DNA of 64,000 nt, taken from assembly GCF_009914755.1 (NCBI RefSeq), contig NC_060925.1, one strand, 5' to 3'. The notes under the pieces were generated by a model that saw only the letters and a program-made list of their open reading frames with translations, had not been told where the DNA came from and did no database searches. Both the position numbers and the translations under genes were made by a program. Positions 39,796-52,659 of this stretch are shown here, piece by piece (position 1 is the stretch's first letter; every line of letters starts with the position of its first letter). Source of the DNA: the human T2T-CHM13v2.0 reference genome, Homo sapiens.

Positions 39796-41439
39796 TGGAC
39801 CCCAGAGCACCCAGCCGCCCCCTGTAGATACTGGAACTTGTCAAGCCAGTGTGTTTTACAACACTGATTGTATATGGTTAGAACATTTTATGGGTCACGA
39901 TTTACCCAATAGCATACCTAAATGTATGTGAAAATAAGTAATGTTGTCTCCGGTTGTTATTCTGTTTCTGAGGTAAAAGTGGTCTGCTGGAGTGCATAGG
40001 AATACTTGGGTCAGAAGGAAGTGAGACCCACACCTGTTGAGTACTTGAGAGTCACAAGGTATGTTATGCCCATTACAAGTCCCATTCATTCTCGTAACAA
40101 CCCAACAAGGCAGTGGAAAGACCCTCCCTCATTTAGCTATGGAGGTAATTGGCAACCAGTAGGGTTAATGAACTGCAGTTGCCAGGTAGACATGACAACT
40201 CAATCTGGGTGACTTCAGAGGCCAGCCTTTTTGTACTTGATTAATTTGTTCACCCTGTAATGGGATGCTTTTGGCTCTTTATGCCATCCTTTCAGATCTC
40301 ATTTCTTCCACTTTTCTATTATAAAGACAGTGCCTAATAGGAAGTCCAGAAAATGAAGAAAATACTATTCATAATTCTGTCAACCAAGCATATCTACTTT
40401 CACTGTGGTAAATTCTGTTGCTATTCTTTGTCTTCATAAATATAGCTGTTACATAGTAACAATCCTAATGGACACACACTTTGTATCTCACCTTCTCTTC
40501 ACTTAACTCCCGGCCAGGGGCTTTGTCCAGGATGTGTATGTCAGCCTCTCTTTTGTTCCTTCCTGTTTCTCTCCCTTCTTTTCTTTTGCTCCATTCCTCT
40601 GTTCTTTCTTTGTTCCTTAGTCTCCTTCTCTCTCCTTTGTTTGTTTGTTTGTTTGTTTGTTTTTCCTCCTCTAAGTAAACCTAAAGCTTGCCCCAGGTTC
40701 CTGGGATTCCTGTGAATAAAGACCCTTTCCAGGAAAGAGTGAGTGCATTGAGGTCCCGAGTGGTATCCTGTCTTGGGTCAGTCTCTTGCTAGATGTGTCC
40801 TAGAAGAAATCAAGGTAGGTCAGTGGAAAGAGGGGAGGGGGTGGTTAAAACCATGGATCAGAATCCAAGGTAGGAAACGGATGACAGAACCGCTCAGTAA
40901 TTATGAGGGTGGGGTAAGAAGTGAGCAGGTTGTATATTTCCACAGGAATAGGAGGTGAAGTTCTCCCCTGCCTATCAATAATCAGAAATAATAATGATAC
41001 TAGTAATTCAGGTGGCTCCAAACAACACCTCCGGAGGAGAGGGAAATGGCTTCTTATTTTGTTCTATGCTGGGTCCTGGACCCGGTTCAGTGGTATAATA
41101 CATCCTCTGTAAATATTGTTTCATGTTAAGAAAGATGTGAAGAATCACAGTAACAGCAACTTATACTTACATAGTCCTTTAAATACACAAAACACCTTTA
41201 TATTACTTATAACCACAAAAGCAAATGTTCTAGGTAGAACGTCAGGAAGCTGACAATTGACAATAAAGAGTTTAGCTGAAGTTTATATTATAAAGCTTTC
41301 ACCAAAGCAATTAATATGAACACTTAGCAATGATAAGCATTTTAAGAGGGGCCAAATATGCCTACTGGAAATCTAAGAAGAAGCGAAGGTATTGCTTAAG
41401 AGGGCAGCATGAACGATGATGAACATTCAAAAGCTGGAA

Positions 41440-42030
41440 AGGGAGGATATCTGGGCGGGCGTGGGGGTCGCTTTCTTGATGAGAAAACATTACCAGCTCC
41501 ACGTACGCTAATAAAGGTAAATTGCCATTTATAGTACTTCTTTGTGGTTCAATTTCCTTGGCAATTATTATATTAGAGTGACACTTCTATTGAATTATAT
41601 GTTTCAATTACTATTAAAAAATTGAAGTCCTTAAGTTGGAGGAAATTATGAATGCAGCTTCTGGAGAGCCCTACCTCTGACACTCCAAGGATAGTATCGC
41701 TTATCTTCTTAGCACTCAGAGGCCCATTATGCAGCGTGGGTAAGGAGGCAGCCATTGCCTGCACAATAGTGTCCAACATTATCAAAGCACTTCTGGTGGA
41801 TTCCACCATCTCGGCGCTGTGTTGTGGTAACCCCAGGTGACCGGCCGCCTTTCTTTGCGCAGGACACAATGGCAAATAGAAACATTAACTCCCACAATGT
41901 CGCAAGACTTCCACTGCATTATTTCCTGACCTCCAGAAAGATAATGTGTCATTTGCTGTACAAAAATAAAAGTTTTCAAAGCAGTTGGAAATATAATTGT
42001 GTATACTTCATTTGCTGAACTGCCTTTCTA
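41440..42030. promoter_or_regulatory. Candidate enhancer / conserved non-coding element
   Basis: Unique sequence with retained CpGs, three ACAAT (SOX-type) motifs in ~41763-41900 and several TAAT/ATTA motifs. Confidence 0.35.
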
Positions 42031-42040
42031 GGGTTTGTTT

Positions 42041-42185
42041 GGCCCTTTAGAGTGAGAGAATGGGAGACTTTCAGCGAGGTGACCGTGGAGGTTTCCTTCC
42101 CACCGCCCACCCCCCACCAGTGTCCCCTCCCGGGAAGATGGAGTGGTTTCTGAGTGCTGGATGGTTACAGGCAGGGAGAACGGTT
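42041..42185 (+). repeat. Copy 1 of 145-bp direct duplication
   Basis: ~90% identical, ungapped, to 42784-42928. Confidence 0.97.
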
Positions 42186-42783
42186 GGGCACCAGCTCCTG
42201 AATCACAATGCCGGGGATGGAGGAGCAAGAAGGCTCTGTCTGGTGTCTGAACACCCCGGAGGCAGGGCTCCGGGACATCTTCTTGATGGGTGGATATTTA
42301 CTAGAAGTCAATAGCACAGTGGGCTTTGGTTCGATGCTAATGAGGCCAAGGTTATCCAAGGGCCAACTGGTTTCCTTCTGTTCTCTCTGCTATAAACTGC
42401 CTGCCGTCAGCGGCCAGTTCTCTCACAAATGCAGAAAGGGGGGTAATGAAATGGGCAGGAGGCTTCTCCCAGACAGATGGCTCCCCAGCTGTTTTCGCCG
42501 ATGGGTAACTTTTGTTGCCACCGCTCAACGTCCCCTCTAAAGACCATGTTCTGCAAAGCCTTTTCCCCTTCAGTCCTCTGGTGAGATCAGCAGGGCCTCT
42601 CTCCAGGATTGTTCTCAAGCAGATAATGTCTTTTATAGGGGCAGGGAGCCATCGCAGGCAGAGGTGGATGCAGAAGAGGGTGACTGCAGACCCCTGATTT
42701 GATTCGGCTGGATATGGTTTGAAACACCATTCAGTCTCTTTCAAGGGGAATCTTCCCTGTTGCAGCCAAACTTCCCTGTTGCA

Positions 42784-42928
42784 GGCCCTTTGGAGCGAGA
42801 GAATGGGAGACTTTCAGCAAGGTGACCATGGAGGTTTCCTTCTCACCGCGCACCCCCAACCACTGTCCCCTCTCAGGAAGATGGAGTGGATTCTGAGTGC
42901 TGGATGGTTATGGGCAGGGAGAATGGTT
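42784..42928 (+). repeat. Copy 2 of 145-bp direct duplication
   Basis: ~14 substitutions versus copy 1, about half at CpG sites; abuts the (TA)n tract. Confidence 0.97.
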
Positions 42929-43130
42929 AGATATATATCTATAGATATATCTATATATCTATATCTATTATATATCTATATTACATTATACATATAATCT
43001 ATATATCATATATTGATATATAGATATATAATACAGATATTATATATGTATAATATAGATATTATGTATAGATATATATATCTCTATATATGTTATGTAT
43101 ATGTATATGTATCTATATATCATATACATG
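42929..43130. repeat. Degenerate (TA)n tract associated with the MLT2 LTR
   Basis: ~200 bp of TA/TAGA/TATC repeats. Confidence 0.92.
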
Positions 43131-43470
43131 ATTTCTTATGGGAAATTGCATTTTATGTTTGTGGTGACTGGCAAGTTTAAAATTCGTAAGGCGGGCTGCC
43201 AGGTGGGCAGTGCAGTCAGGAGTTCCTGTTGCAGACCTGAGGTGGAATTTCTTCTTCTTCAGGAAGTCTTAGTCTTTGTGATTAAGCCTTCCATTGATTA
43301 GATGACACTCACCCACATTATAGAGGATGGTCTCTTTTACTTAAGGTCAACTGATTGCAGGTCTTAACCACATTTTGAAAATAACATCACAGCAACAGTT
43401 ACTGTGTTTTGATTAAATAACTGTGCTCTATAGGCCTATCCAAGTGGACACAAAGAAACTCACCATCACA
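43130..43470 (-). mobile_element. MLT2B-type ERVL LTR lacking its terminal segment
   Basis: ctggcaagtttaaaatt...cacccacattatagagg...cttaaggtcaactgattg...ccatcaca. Confidence 0.85.
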
Positions 43471-44369
43471 GCAACTTTTCACAAATGATTCCCTAAGTCC
43501 ACCTCTTGTGTAAAGCATTTCTAAGCCACTGCTCACTCCATGCTGTCAGGGTATGTGTGGTTTTCCTCACTTTCTCTCACCATGTATTTTCTTCACTCAC
43601 ATCCTCTTTCTCTGGACACAAACCTCTTGGGCTTCTAATCCCTCTCACTGGGTTTATCCTGCCCTGTTTGGGGGGCATGAAGATCTCATCTTCTAGAAAT
43701 AATTTACTGTCCAGTCAGCAAGTTATCATAAGAAAACCATAATTAATATAACCTCTGTTGTGGTAAATTGGTTACAGTGTGACCCTTTTATATTTGGAGA
43801 GAGGAGAGTTTAGGGCTGAAGGTAAACCAACTAAGTCAGCTCCCAGTCCTCGGGATTGCAATCTGGGTATGGATTCAGTGTGATTTCAGAATACAAACTA
43901 AAGGGCTGACATGATCCCTCATCCACCCTTCTAGTCAGCTCTTCCTAAAAGCAAAGCTATGGGAAAGATCCAGAACCTGGGGCCCTACCCCAAGGACTTG
44001 TATTCTAATGGCAGAACAGACAGGGAAGCAGAAAACTAAAAATGCAGGGTGGATACAAACAAGGGGTGAAATAGAAGTAAAAACAGAAGTACACAAAGAA
44101 AATACTTGCCTTTTCATAGGTAAGAGAGTTCATGTACATTGAACAATGAACTCCACTATGGCAGGCATTAAAAAGACATGTGCAGTTAACTGTGGAATAG
44201 TCCGTGTGTGTATTTCTTAGCAGTGCTCCCTTCCCTTTTATGCTTTGCTTGGGAAAAAGATTGAAATTAGTTTGCATTTCCTCAGAGCCCATTAATTGAT
44301 GATTAAAGAAACCTGTCCCAATGTTACTAGAAAGATGTGTGCCACAGAGAAATAATTTGGAATTAAATA

Positions 44370-44915
44370 TGTGTTCATTCTGCAAATATATACTGAGCAA
44401 TGAGCAGGAGGCAGCCTGCACTCCATGTGGGAGATGCCGTGGCAACTCAGGCTTATGGTCCTCTGGGGATTAAGATGGCAAACATATAGAAGCACCTCTT
44501 CTGAAACAAAGGAGGGCCAGGGGAGGAAAGGGGATGGAATACTGTTTTATTTTGGGTGATCAGAGAAGGTCTTTGAGGGGACATGGAGACCTGACAGAAG
44601 AGAGGGAGAAAGTGAACCATGAGGCACAGAGAGTCTTTATCACACACTCTCTTTCCTTAAATGAAAAGGGCAGTTTCTAATCAACAATACATTGTGTATA
44701 ATCCCCATTAAATAAAAAATTGATATGTAGGCATTATTGTGTATACCATGAAACTATTTATACATATAAATGTACACTTATACATAATTTATATAGAATA
44801 AAATATATATTTCTCAAATAATAGGTGGTCTAATGTTAACATGAGTTATTGTTGGGCAGGGAGATCACAAGTGAATTTAATTTTCTTCCCTAAATTTTTT
44901 ATACTTCCACATTTT
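44370..44915. mobile_element. Degraded L2 (antisense, to ~44635) and L1ME-like 3' remnant
   Basis: ttcattctgcaaatatatactgagc; gtgatcagagaaggtctttgagg; gggcagggagatcacaagtgaatttaattttcttc. Confidence 0.45.
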
Positions 44916-44918
44916 ATG

Positions 44919-47251
44919 TAGACATATCTTGGAGATACCATGGATTTGGTTCCAGACCATCACAATAAAGCCAATATTGCAATAAAGCAAGCCACACAAT
45001 TTTTTGGTTTCTTGGTGCATATAAAAGTTATGTCTACACTATCAAGTGTGCAATAGCATTATAACTAAATAAAAATGTAATACCTTAATTTTAAAATACT
45101 TTATTGCTAAAAAATGCTAATGATCATTTGAGCCTTCAGCACATCATAATCTTTTTGCTGGAGTGTCTTGCTTCCATGTTGATGGCTGCTGACTGATCAA
45201 GGTGGTGGTTGCTGGAAATTGGGGCAAGAGTGGCAATTTTTAAAAACAAGACAACAATGAAGTTTGCTGCATTGAATGACTCTTCCTTTCATGAAAGGTC
45301 TCTGTAGTATGTGACACTGTTCCACAGCATTTTGCCCACAGTAAAACTTCTTTAAAAATTAGAATCATCTCTCTCAAACCTTGCTGCTGCTTTATCAACT
45401 AACTTTATGGAATATTCTAAATCCTTTCTTATCATTTCCACAATGTTCACAGCATCTTCACCAGGAGTAGATTCTAACTCAAGAAACCACTTTCTTTGCT
45501 CACCCATAAGAAGCAACTCCTCTTCCATTCAAGTATTATCATGAAATTGCAGCAACTCAGTCATATTTTCAGGCTCCACTTCTAATTGTATTTCTCTTGC
45601 TGTTTTCACCACATCTGAAGTTACTTCCTCCACTAATGTCTTCAACTCATCAAGTCATCCATGAGGGTTTGAATCAACTTATTTCAAACTCCTATTAATG
45701 TGGACATTTTCACCTCATTTCCTGAATCACGAGTGTTCTTAATGGCATCTAAAATGGTGGTTCCTTTCCAGAACATTTTTAATGGACTTTTCCCAGATCT
45801 GTCGGAGGAATCACTCTCTGTGGCAGCTATACCCTCATAAAAATGTATTTCTTATATAATAAGACTTGAAAGTCAAAATTACTCCTTGATCTATGGGCTG
45901 CAGAATGGATGTTGTGTTAGCTGACATGAAGACAACAATCATCTCCTTGTATGTCTCCATCAGAGCTCCTGGGTGACCAGGTGCATTGTCAATGAGCAGT
46001 AATATCTTGAAAGAAATCTTTTATTCTGATCAGTAAGTATCAACAGTGAGCTTAAAACAGTCAGTAAACCAGGCTGTAAACAAATGTGCTATTATCCACG
46101 TTTTCACTGTTTCATTGATAGAGCACAGGAAAAGTAGATTGAGCATCATTTTTAAGGGCCCTAGAATTTTTAGAATGGTCATTGAACATTAGCTTCCACT
46201 TAAGTCACCAGCTCCATTAGCTCCTAACAAGAGAATCAGCATGGCCTTTGAAGTTTTGAAACCAGACATTGACTTCTCCTCTCTAGCTATGAAAGTCCTA
46301 GAAAGCATTCTCTTCCAATAGAAGGCTGTTTCATACATATTGAAAATCTGTTGCTTAGTGTAGCCATCTTCAACAATAGCTAGATCTGGATAACTTGCTG
46401 TAGTTTTTACATCAGTGCTTGCTGATTCATACTGTACTTTATGTTATGGAGATGGCTTCTTTCCTTACACGTTATAAACCAACCTCTGCTAGCTTCCGAT
46501 TTTTCTTCTGCCTCTTCCTAGCCACTCTCAGCTTTCATAGAATTAAAGAGGGTTAGGATCTTTCTCTGGATTAGGCTTTAGCTTAAGGAAATGTTGTGGC
46601 TGGTTTCATTTTCTCTGTGGACCACTCGAAGTTTCTCAATATCAGCAATAGGGCTGTTTTGCTTTCTTATCATTCTTGTGTTCACTGGAGTAGCACTTGT
46701 AATTTCTCTGAAGAACTTTTTCTTCACATTCGCAAATTGGGTAACTGTTTGGTGTAAGATGCCTAGCTTTTGGCGTTTGTTGGCATTTGGCCTGCCTTCC
46801 CCACTAAGCTTAATCATTTCTAGCTTTCGATTTAAAGTGAAAGACGTGTGACTCTTCCTTTTACTTGAACACTTAGAAGCCACTATAGGGTTGTTCATTG
46901 GCCTAATTTCAATATTGTTGTTTCTTGGGGAATAGGCCTAAGGAAGAGGAGAGAGATGGAAGAACAGCTGGTCAATGGAGCAGTCAGAACACACACACTT
47001 ATCGATTAAATTTGCTGTCTTATGAGTGGGTTTGTGGCACCCCAAAACAATTATTATCATAACATCAAAGAACACTGACCACAGATCACCATAACAAATA
47101 TATCTGAAATATTATAATATAAAAAATGGCACCAATATTCTTGCTTAATGCAAGGTTGCCACAAATCTTCATTTGTGAAAGAAAAATCCCCAAAATCCGC
47201 AATGTCTGCAAATCTCAGTAAAGCAAGGTGCAATAAAACGAAGTATGCCTG
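44919..47251 (-). mobile_element. Near-full-length decayed Tigger1
   Basis: Ends tagacatatcttggagatac / aataaaacgaagtatgcctg|TA; ORF 46578..46898 is the transposase N-terminal HTH (SKCSSKRKSHTSFTLNRKLEMIKLS). Confidence 0.97.
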
Positions 47252-47379
47252 TATAGCAATCCTACATTAGTTTCTTTGTGTCATGTATTTATCTTTTGTG
47301 GGCTATTTTTAATTTTTCAAATGAAGTAGTCATCTATTCAGAATTGAGTACTTTTTCTAAAAGCCAATATAAATAATGG

Positions 47380-47630
47380 TAATAGCTCTATATTTATTGA
47401 CCACTTGGTATGTGCCAGGGACTTTCAAGTGCTTTATGTGCGTTATCTAACTTAATCCTCATCACCACATCTTGAGGTAGGTGCTATCATTATTGCCATC
47501 TTTATTCCACAGCTGAGGAAGGTGAGGTGGGCAGTGGTTGATAACCCAAGGCCACTCAGCTAGTGTGCGCTGCAGCCAGGGTACTCAGGCAGTCTGAACC
47601 CGAAATCCCAATCATAACACGATGCCACAG
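47380..47630 (-). mobile_element. MIR
   Basis: atttattgaccacttggtatgtgccaggg...cttaatcctcatc...gaggtaggtgctatcattatt. Confidence 0.85.
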
Positions 47631-50284
47631 CTGCCCTCTCCCCTCAGAGGACCAGTGTAGCCTCATGGTCTTCATTTTTAGTTGATATTCAGAGGTGGAA
47701 AGTAGAAGGAGTTATCAGGAATTATCAAGAGGATTGCCTCAATAAATATTGATATAGCAAAGGCCAAATGAAATCAGAATGAAAGTATTTGATCTGTCCA
47801 CTTCCCGGGTGGCTATTTTATTCCAGGCCAGGTGGTATGCAGATTTTCCTACCAATTTTGACTGCTCTGATGAATTGCAATAATTCAAACAGGATTTACT
47901 GCAAGGCCAGGTTTTGGTATATGTGGACACAAATGCACTTGTACTAAAATGCATTTATCTCCTTTCTCCTCTCTTCATACCTGGTTTCTCCTCCTCCATA
48001 TAAATTTCCTTTCGGGGGCTCTAAAAATTGGATTGAATCAAGATGCTATGGGAGAGTTTTGTTTTTAATTTACGTGACTGCAACAATGTGGCCTGATCCT
48101 TTTTTTTCTTTTTTTCACTTTCCATCTGGTTGTTTAGGTGAGAGGTAAACACAAACTTCTTCATTGTCTGTGAACTAAAAGGGCACAAGACCCACACATA
48201 CTAGGGAAGTCGAGTGAGTACAACAAGCAGGAATCAGTGAGATCCAAGAAGTGCAGCCCAGACAAAAGCCGACCAGGACAAGGACAAGCAGAACCTGTAC
48301 CTTGGTGTCTTGTTACCAAGGGGTTCATTGTCCTGAGGGAAGGATCCTAAACCCCCATGCTCAGGATTAGATTTGGTCTCTAGTCTCTGAGATGCCCACA
48401 GCCAAAGCACCCCCACCAGGCTTCCACCCCACCGCCCCACTCCGTAGAAGCTCTGACACTTTGTTAAGGGCTCCTGAGGCTCCCAACACTTTCCCAAGCA
48501 CACCAATGTTTATTTGGGTGTTTGGAGGGGTCAAGAGAGTGGTGACCTCCATTCTCTTCTTATTTCACCATTCTCTGTGATTTCAGAGGCCTCACTCTAA
48601 GCACCTGAGGAATTCTGAGCATCTAAAAGAAAAATATGGGAAAGAAAAAGTAGGGATATGATCAATTGCTGCTGAAAAATAAATATTCCCCATTTCAGGA
48701 GCACAATGAAAGGATGAGAACTTGTAAGGAGGCCAGAGATGAGGTTAAATCAGACTCATTATGCCACGGCCCCGAGTGCCATAAGAAGGCATAGCAACTG
48801 AACACCTGGAGGAAAAACAATAGTCTTTGGATGGAAAGACCCAAAGGGCCCCTTAAATCTTTAATAAACTCAATATGTAGATGACTCATATCTCCGGACA
48901 AGTCTCCTTCACCCTGCTGCCTATCTAACTCCTGGTGCTCAGGTATGACACACCCAGTGATGGTAAACAAAATCACATGTCGTATGACATTTGCTTTAGC
49001 TTACTCATGGATTCATGGCAGTTTTCTTTCTTTTTCTTTTAATGCTCAGTGACTTCACCTTTCCGAGATCGCAGACTTTGTGTCTTTGTTGTCTGTCGTG
49101 GTTTAAAAACTTGATGGATGGTTGAAAATGAATCACAACATAAGATCCAAAGCTGAGTTGCATCATGGCTAGGAAGCCGGGAGGAAGTCATAGAATCAAT
49201 GTGGATCTGAATGCGGATCCAGTGTGACCATTTGGACCATGAGAACCAGTTAGTTCAAGTTGATGACTTGTTATACCAGACTGACCAGAAAGTTTAGTCA
49301 AAAGGGTGGAACTAGTTGCCACAAGGAGATGCGCAGAAAAGTTCTGCTTCTGATGGGACCAACATGCTTTCTTTTTCTCAAATATAGAGGTATCAGATCA
49401 CCTTTATAGTAAAATGTTAAATGTCTATAGTAAGAAGGAAGAAGATTGAGGAGAAGACTCTCCCTGTGTCCTATGATGTCTTTGTTAGTGTGATCTGAGT
49501 ACTTGTCTACATGGGTGCAAAGGAATGGGGGTGTAAGGGTTAGAAAGAAGACAGAACATGCTCCCTATTTCAGGGAGTCTAGGGTCAAAAGAAGTAAAAC
49601 ATTTACATGTAAATTTACTAACTAATGTTAATTATCATTGAGAGGCAGTAAAGAATTTTTCAGAAGGAAAAATGCAATGCAGAAAGAAGAATCAAGTAAG
49701 ATGGTATCTGGAAATGCTCTTCTGGAGCAAAGCCAAAGAAGGTGTATAGATTTATCTCTCATGGAATTGCCTGAGGCTTGACCCCCGGGTAGGTATATAA
49801 GTCCACAAGTTCACGGGTGAACAAGTGCATTGCCAAATTATGCTGGGGCAAAAAGCAGCGGCCAGATGCCCAACTGCCCCTCTTCCTTCAGCTCTACTTC
49901 TGTAATCACTAGACAGCACAAGGTGGGGACAGAAGCCTAAGGATCTTCATCTATAGGAGCTCTGTGCAGAGGCCTAATGCTACCCAAATAGGAGATCCAG
50001 CCCTGGGTGCAATTTGAGTCATATCTAAGTGCAAAACTTTACAACCCGATTATATTAGAGGAACTGGTACTCTGTTACAGAGCCACAATCTGGGCCAAGA
50101 AGAATTCTCTTCTTATAGGCTATTTTGAGTTTTTGAATCCAGTCCTTTCCTTTATTCCAACCAGCACCATGAAGGCTATTTGAAAAACCATGAGCTGGAA
50201 AAGAAGAAGGCCCTAGTTGAAACCTGAGAGATGGCACTTCGGGGAGGGATGAGGTTCAAAGGGACGAGAATCTAGGAAGTGACA

Positions 50285-50600
50285 GCAGGGCTCAGTGGTG
50301 CATGCCTGTAATTCCAACACTTTGGGAGGCCGAGGCAGACAGATCACTTGAGGCCAGGAGTTTGAGACCAGCCTGGCTAACATGGTGAAACCCATTTCTA
50401 CTAAAAATGCAAAAATTATCTGGATGTGGTGGCGTGCACCTGTTTTCCCAGCTACTCCAGAGGCTGAGGCATGAGAATCACTTGAACCCAGAAGGGGGAG
50501 GTTTCAGTGAATCAAGATCATGCCACTGCACTCCAATCTGGGTAACAGAGCGAGATTCTGTCTTAACACAAAAAACAAACAACAAACAAACAAAAAATAA
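50285..50600 (+). mobile_element. Alu (old AluS-type) with (CAAA)n tail
   Basis: Full dimer: gatcacttgaggccaggagtttgagacc...gagaatcacttgaaccc. Confidence 0.95.
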
Positions 50601-50609
50601 TCTCAATCT

Positions 50610-51450
50610 AGATTGAGAAAGAGAAGCCAGAGAAGAGTGGCAAATCGTGGAAACCAATAGTGCAGACAGGTGGAGGCAAGATGAAGCGCTAACTGTTCCT
50701 ATCACAATAACGTAAAGGTCACTGGTTATAAATTTCCTTTGTCAGAGCAGTTTAAACAGAAAAGATAAAAGGCAGATCATTTTGGATCAAGTAGTAGCAG
50801 GGGAATGAGAAAAAGGAAAATGGGAGTGTGGATCACTTTATTTGAAGCCTTCAGAGGGAGCTCATTTATGTGCTGGGAAGATGAAGCCATTGAAGATGGA
50901 AACTCCAGGGATAAGAGGGGAAATTAACAGAGCAAAGCCCTAGGAGATGGGATCCAGAAGGCAGGTGTGTGGACCATCCTTGGATGAAAGGAAGACTCCT
51001 TTAAGACAAGGGAGAAAGACACAGAAAAGCTTGTGGGGTATGAATGGAAATTTTAGGGAAATCATATCATTTAGCCTCATTTTTTTCCACGTGTGAATTT
51101 GGAAGTAATATGATCCGTTAAGAGAATGGGAAGAAACTAATTATGGACATGTGATGAAATTGTCAATTGTTATTGAGGGACAGCTGAGACTGGAGACCCA
51201 AACTCAACAGTGGCACTCATCAGCAAGGCTAATTTATTTCCTGTAAGTCACACTCCCTATTCTGGGTTCAAGAGCAAGACAGGCAGATGATTTGGTTAAT
51301 TCTTAGTTGAGGTGTGGTCAGGCAGATGTAAGTAAAGGACAATTTGGCAAAGGAACTGGGGATATGGGTGGGCATAGAAGAAGGGGTGGTTCGTTGTGGC
51401 TCAGTCCAAATCATTGTTGAGGATTCAGAACATTGGCAAATGGAAAATGA
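50610..51450 (-). mobile_element. Degraded L2
   Basis: aaggtcactggt...gtcagagcagttt; ggagatgggatccagaaggcaggtg. Confidence 0.4.
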
Positions 51451-51629
51451 ACCATTTTTGTGTTGCTGTGTTTCCATTTATCACCTTGCTATATTTACAC
51501 AGGTTAGAACAGCTGTTGGAAAAAACTCTATAGCTAACCAAAATTTTCGAACCACCCCTTTTCGAGGAGTGCCTTATCAAGATATTTCTAGCTAAACTGG
51601 GTATATCAAACATGATGGGTGAGACTCGA

Positions 51630-51940
51630 GTTCAGTGGTTTAACACAACAAAGGTTTATGTCTTGCTCATGCAAAGTCCAGGGCAGCCTGACTTCACTCA
51701 GGGATAGAAGTTGCTTCTATCTTGGGGCTCCACCATCTCAACACACAGCCCCTGAAGGGGCAGAAAGGATGGACTAGGCACACTGATTATTAGCACCTCA
51801 AAGCAGATGTAGAGATGCAAGAATTTGTTCACATTCCCATGAGCTCAAACTCATCCCAAGACTTCAAATGAACTTCAGAGAAAACTAGGAAATGAAGGAG
51901 AGTCCACAGGCATTCAGGGAGCATCAGTTGCCTCTGTTAA
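51630..51940 (-). mobile_element. Old MaLR LTR (MLT1J/K/L-like)
   Basis: tcagtggtttaacacaacaaaggtttat.tcttgctcatgc; ggctccaccatctcaacac; gttcacattccc. Confidence 0.65.
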
Positions 51941-52159
51941 CCTGGGTCAACCACCAAGAATGCTCAACCTGCACCTGGTAAACACCATTCCAGGGAACTT
52001 GACTATTTTGTGATGAGGAAGAAAAGGCTTAGAAAATGAGAAGTAGAACATTACTCGGGACACATAGTGTCCACGTAGCTCCAAAGCAAGCAGTTAAAAA
52101 GTAAAAAAAGGCTAGCCAAACTCTAATTTTTAATTGGATTTGTGTAGGAAAACAAAGGC

Positions 52160-52255
52160 AACAAGAAGAATGAGGAAGAGGAGGAAGAAGAGAGGGAGGA
52201 GCAGGAGGAGAAAGAGAAACAGAGAAAAGGAAGAAGGAGGAGAAAAAGAAGGACA
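52160..52255. repeat. Polypurine low-complexity tract
   Basis: GA/GGA-rich run; the source of the K/R/E-rich spurious ORF. Confidence 0.85.
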
Positions 52256-52659
52256 TGCACAAAAGCAACGAGGTCATTTCATGAAAGTCAAATTTTGCTA
52301 TAATCATTTTTCCACCCTAAATTTGGCCAAAGAAGTGGCTGCTCACAGGAAATGGGAACATAAATAAGGGTAAGGCACAACAGCCACTGGTCTAAACTTG
52401 CAGCCCTGAAGGCCACATGGGACGCAGACAGGCTGGAGTGAAGTTGGAGGAATAAATGTTGAACTCCAAGTTGCCCCCAGAGTTCTCAGGCCTCCTCTGG
52501 CTTTCTTCCTAGCTTGCTGTAACTCACCATTTCGGAAGCGCTGGACTATTGTTATTATCATTATTTAAAATGCTTTTCAAGACCAAGAGGTATGAACAGG
52601 GCTGTTCCACAAGCAGCCCCACCCTTTCAGGGGAACGTGTTATTTCTTTTTAATTTGCT

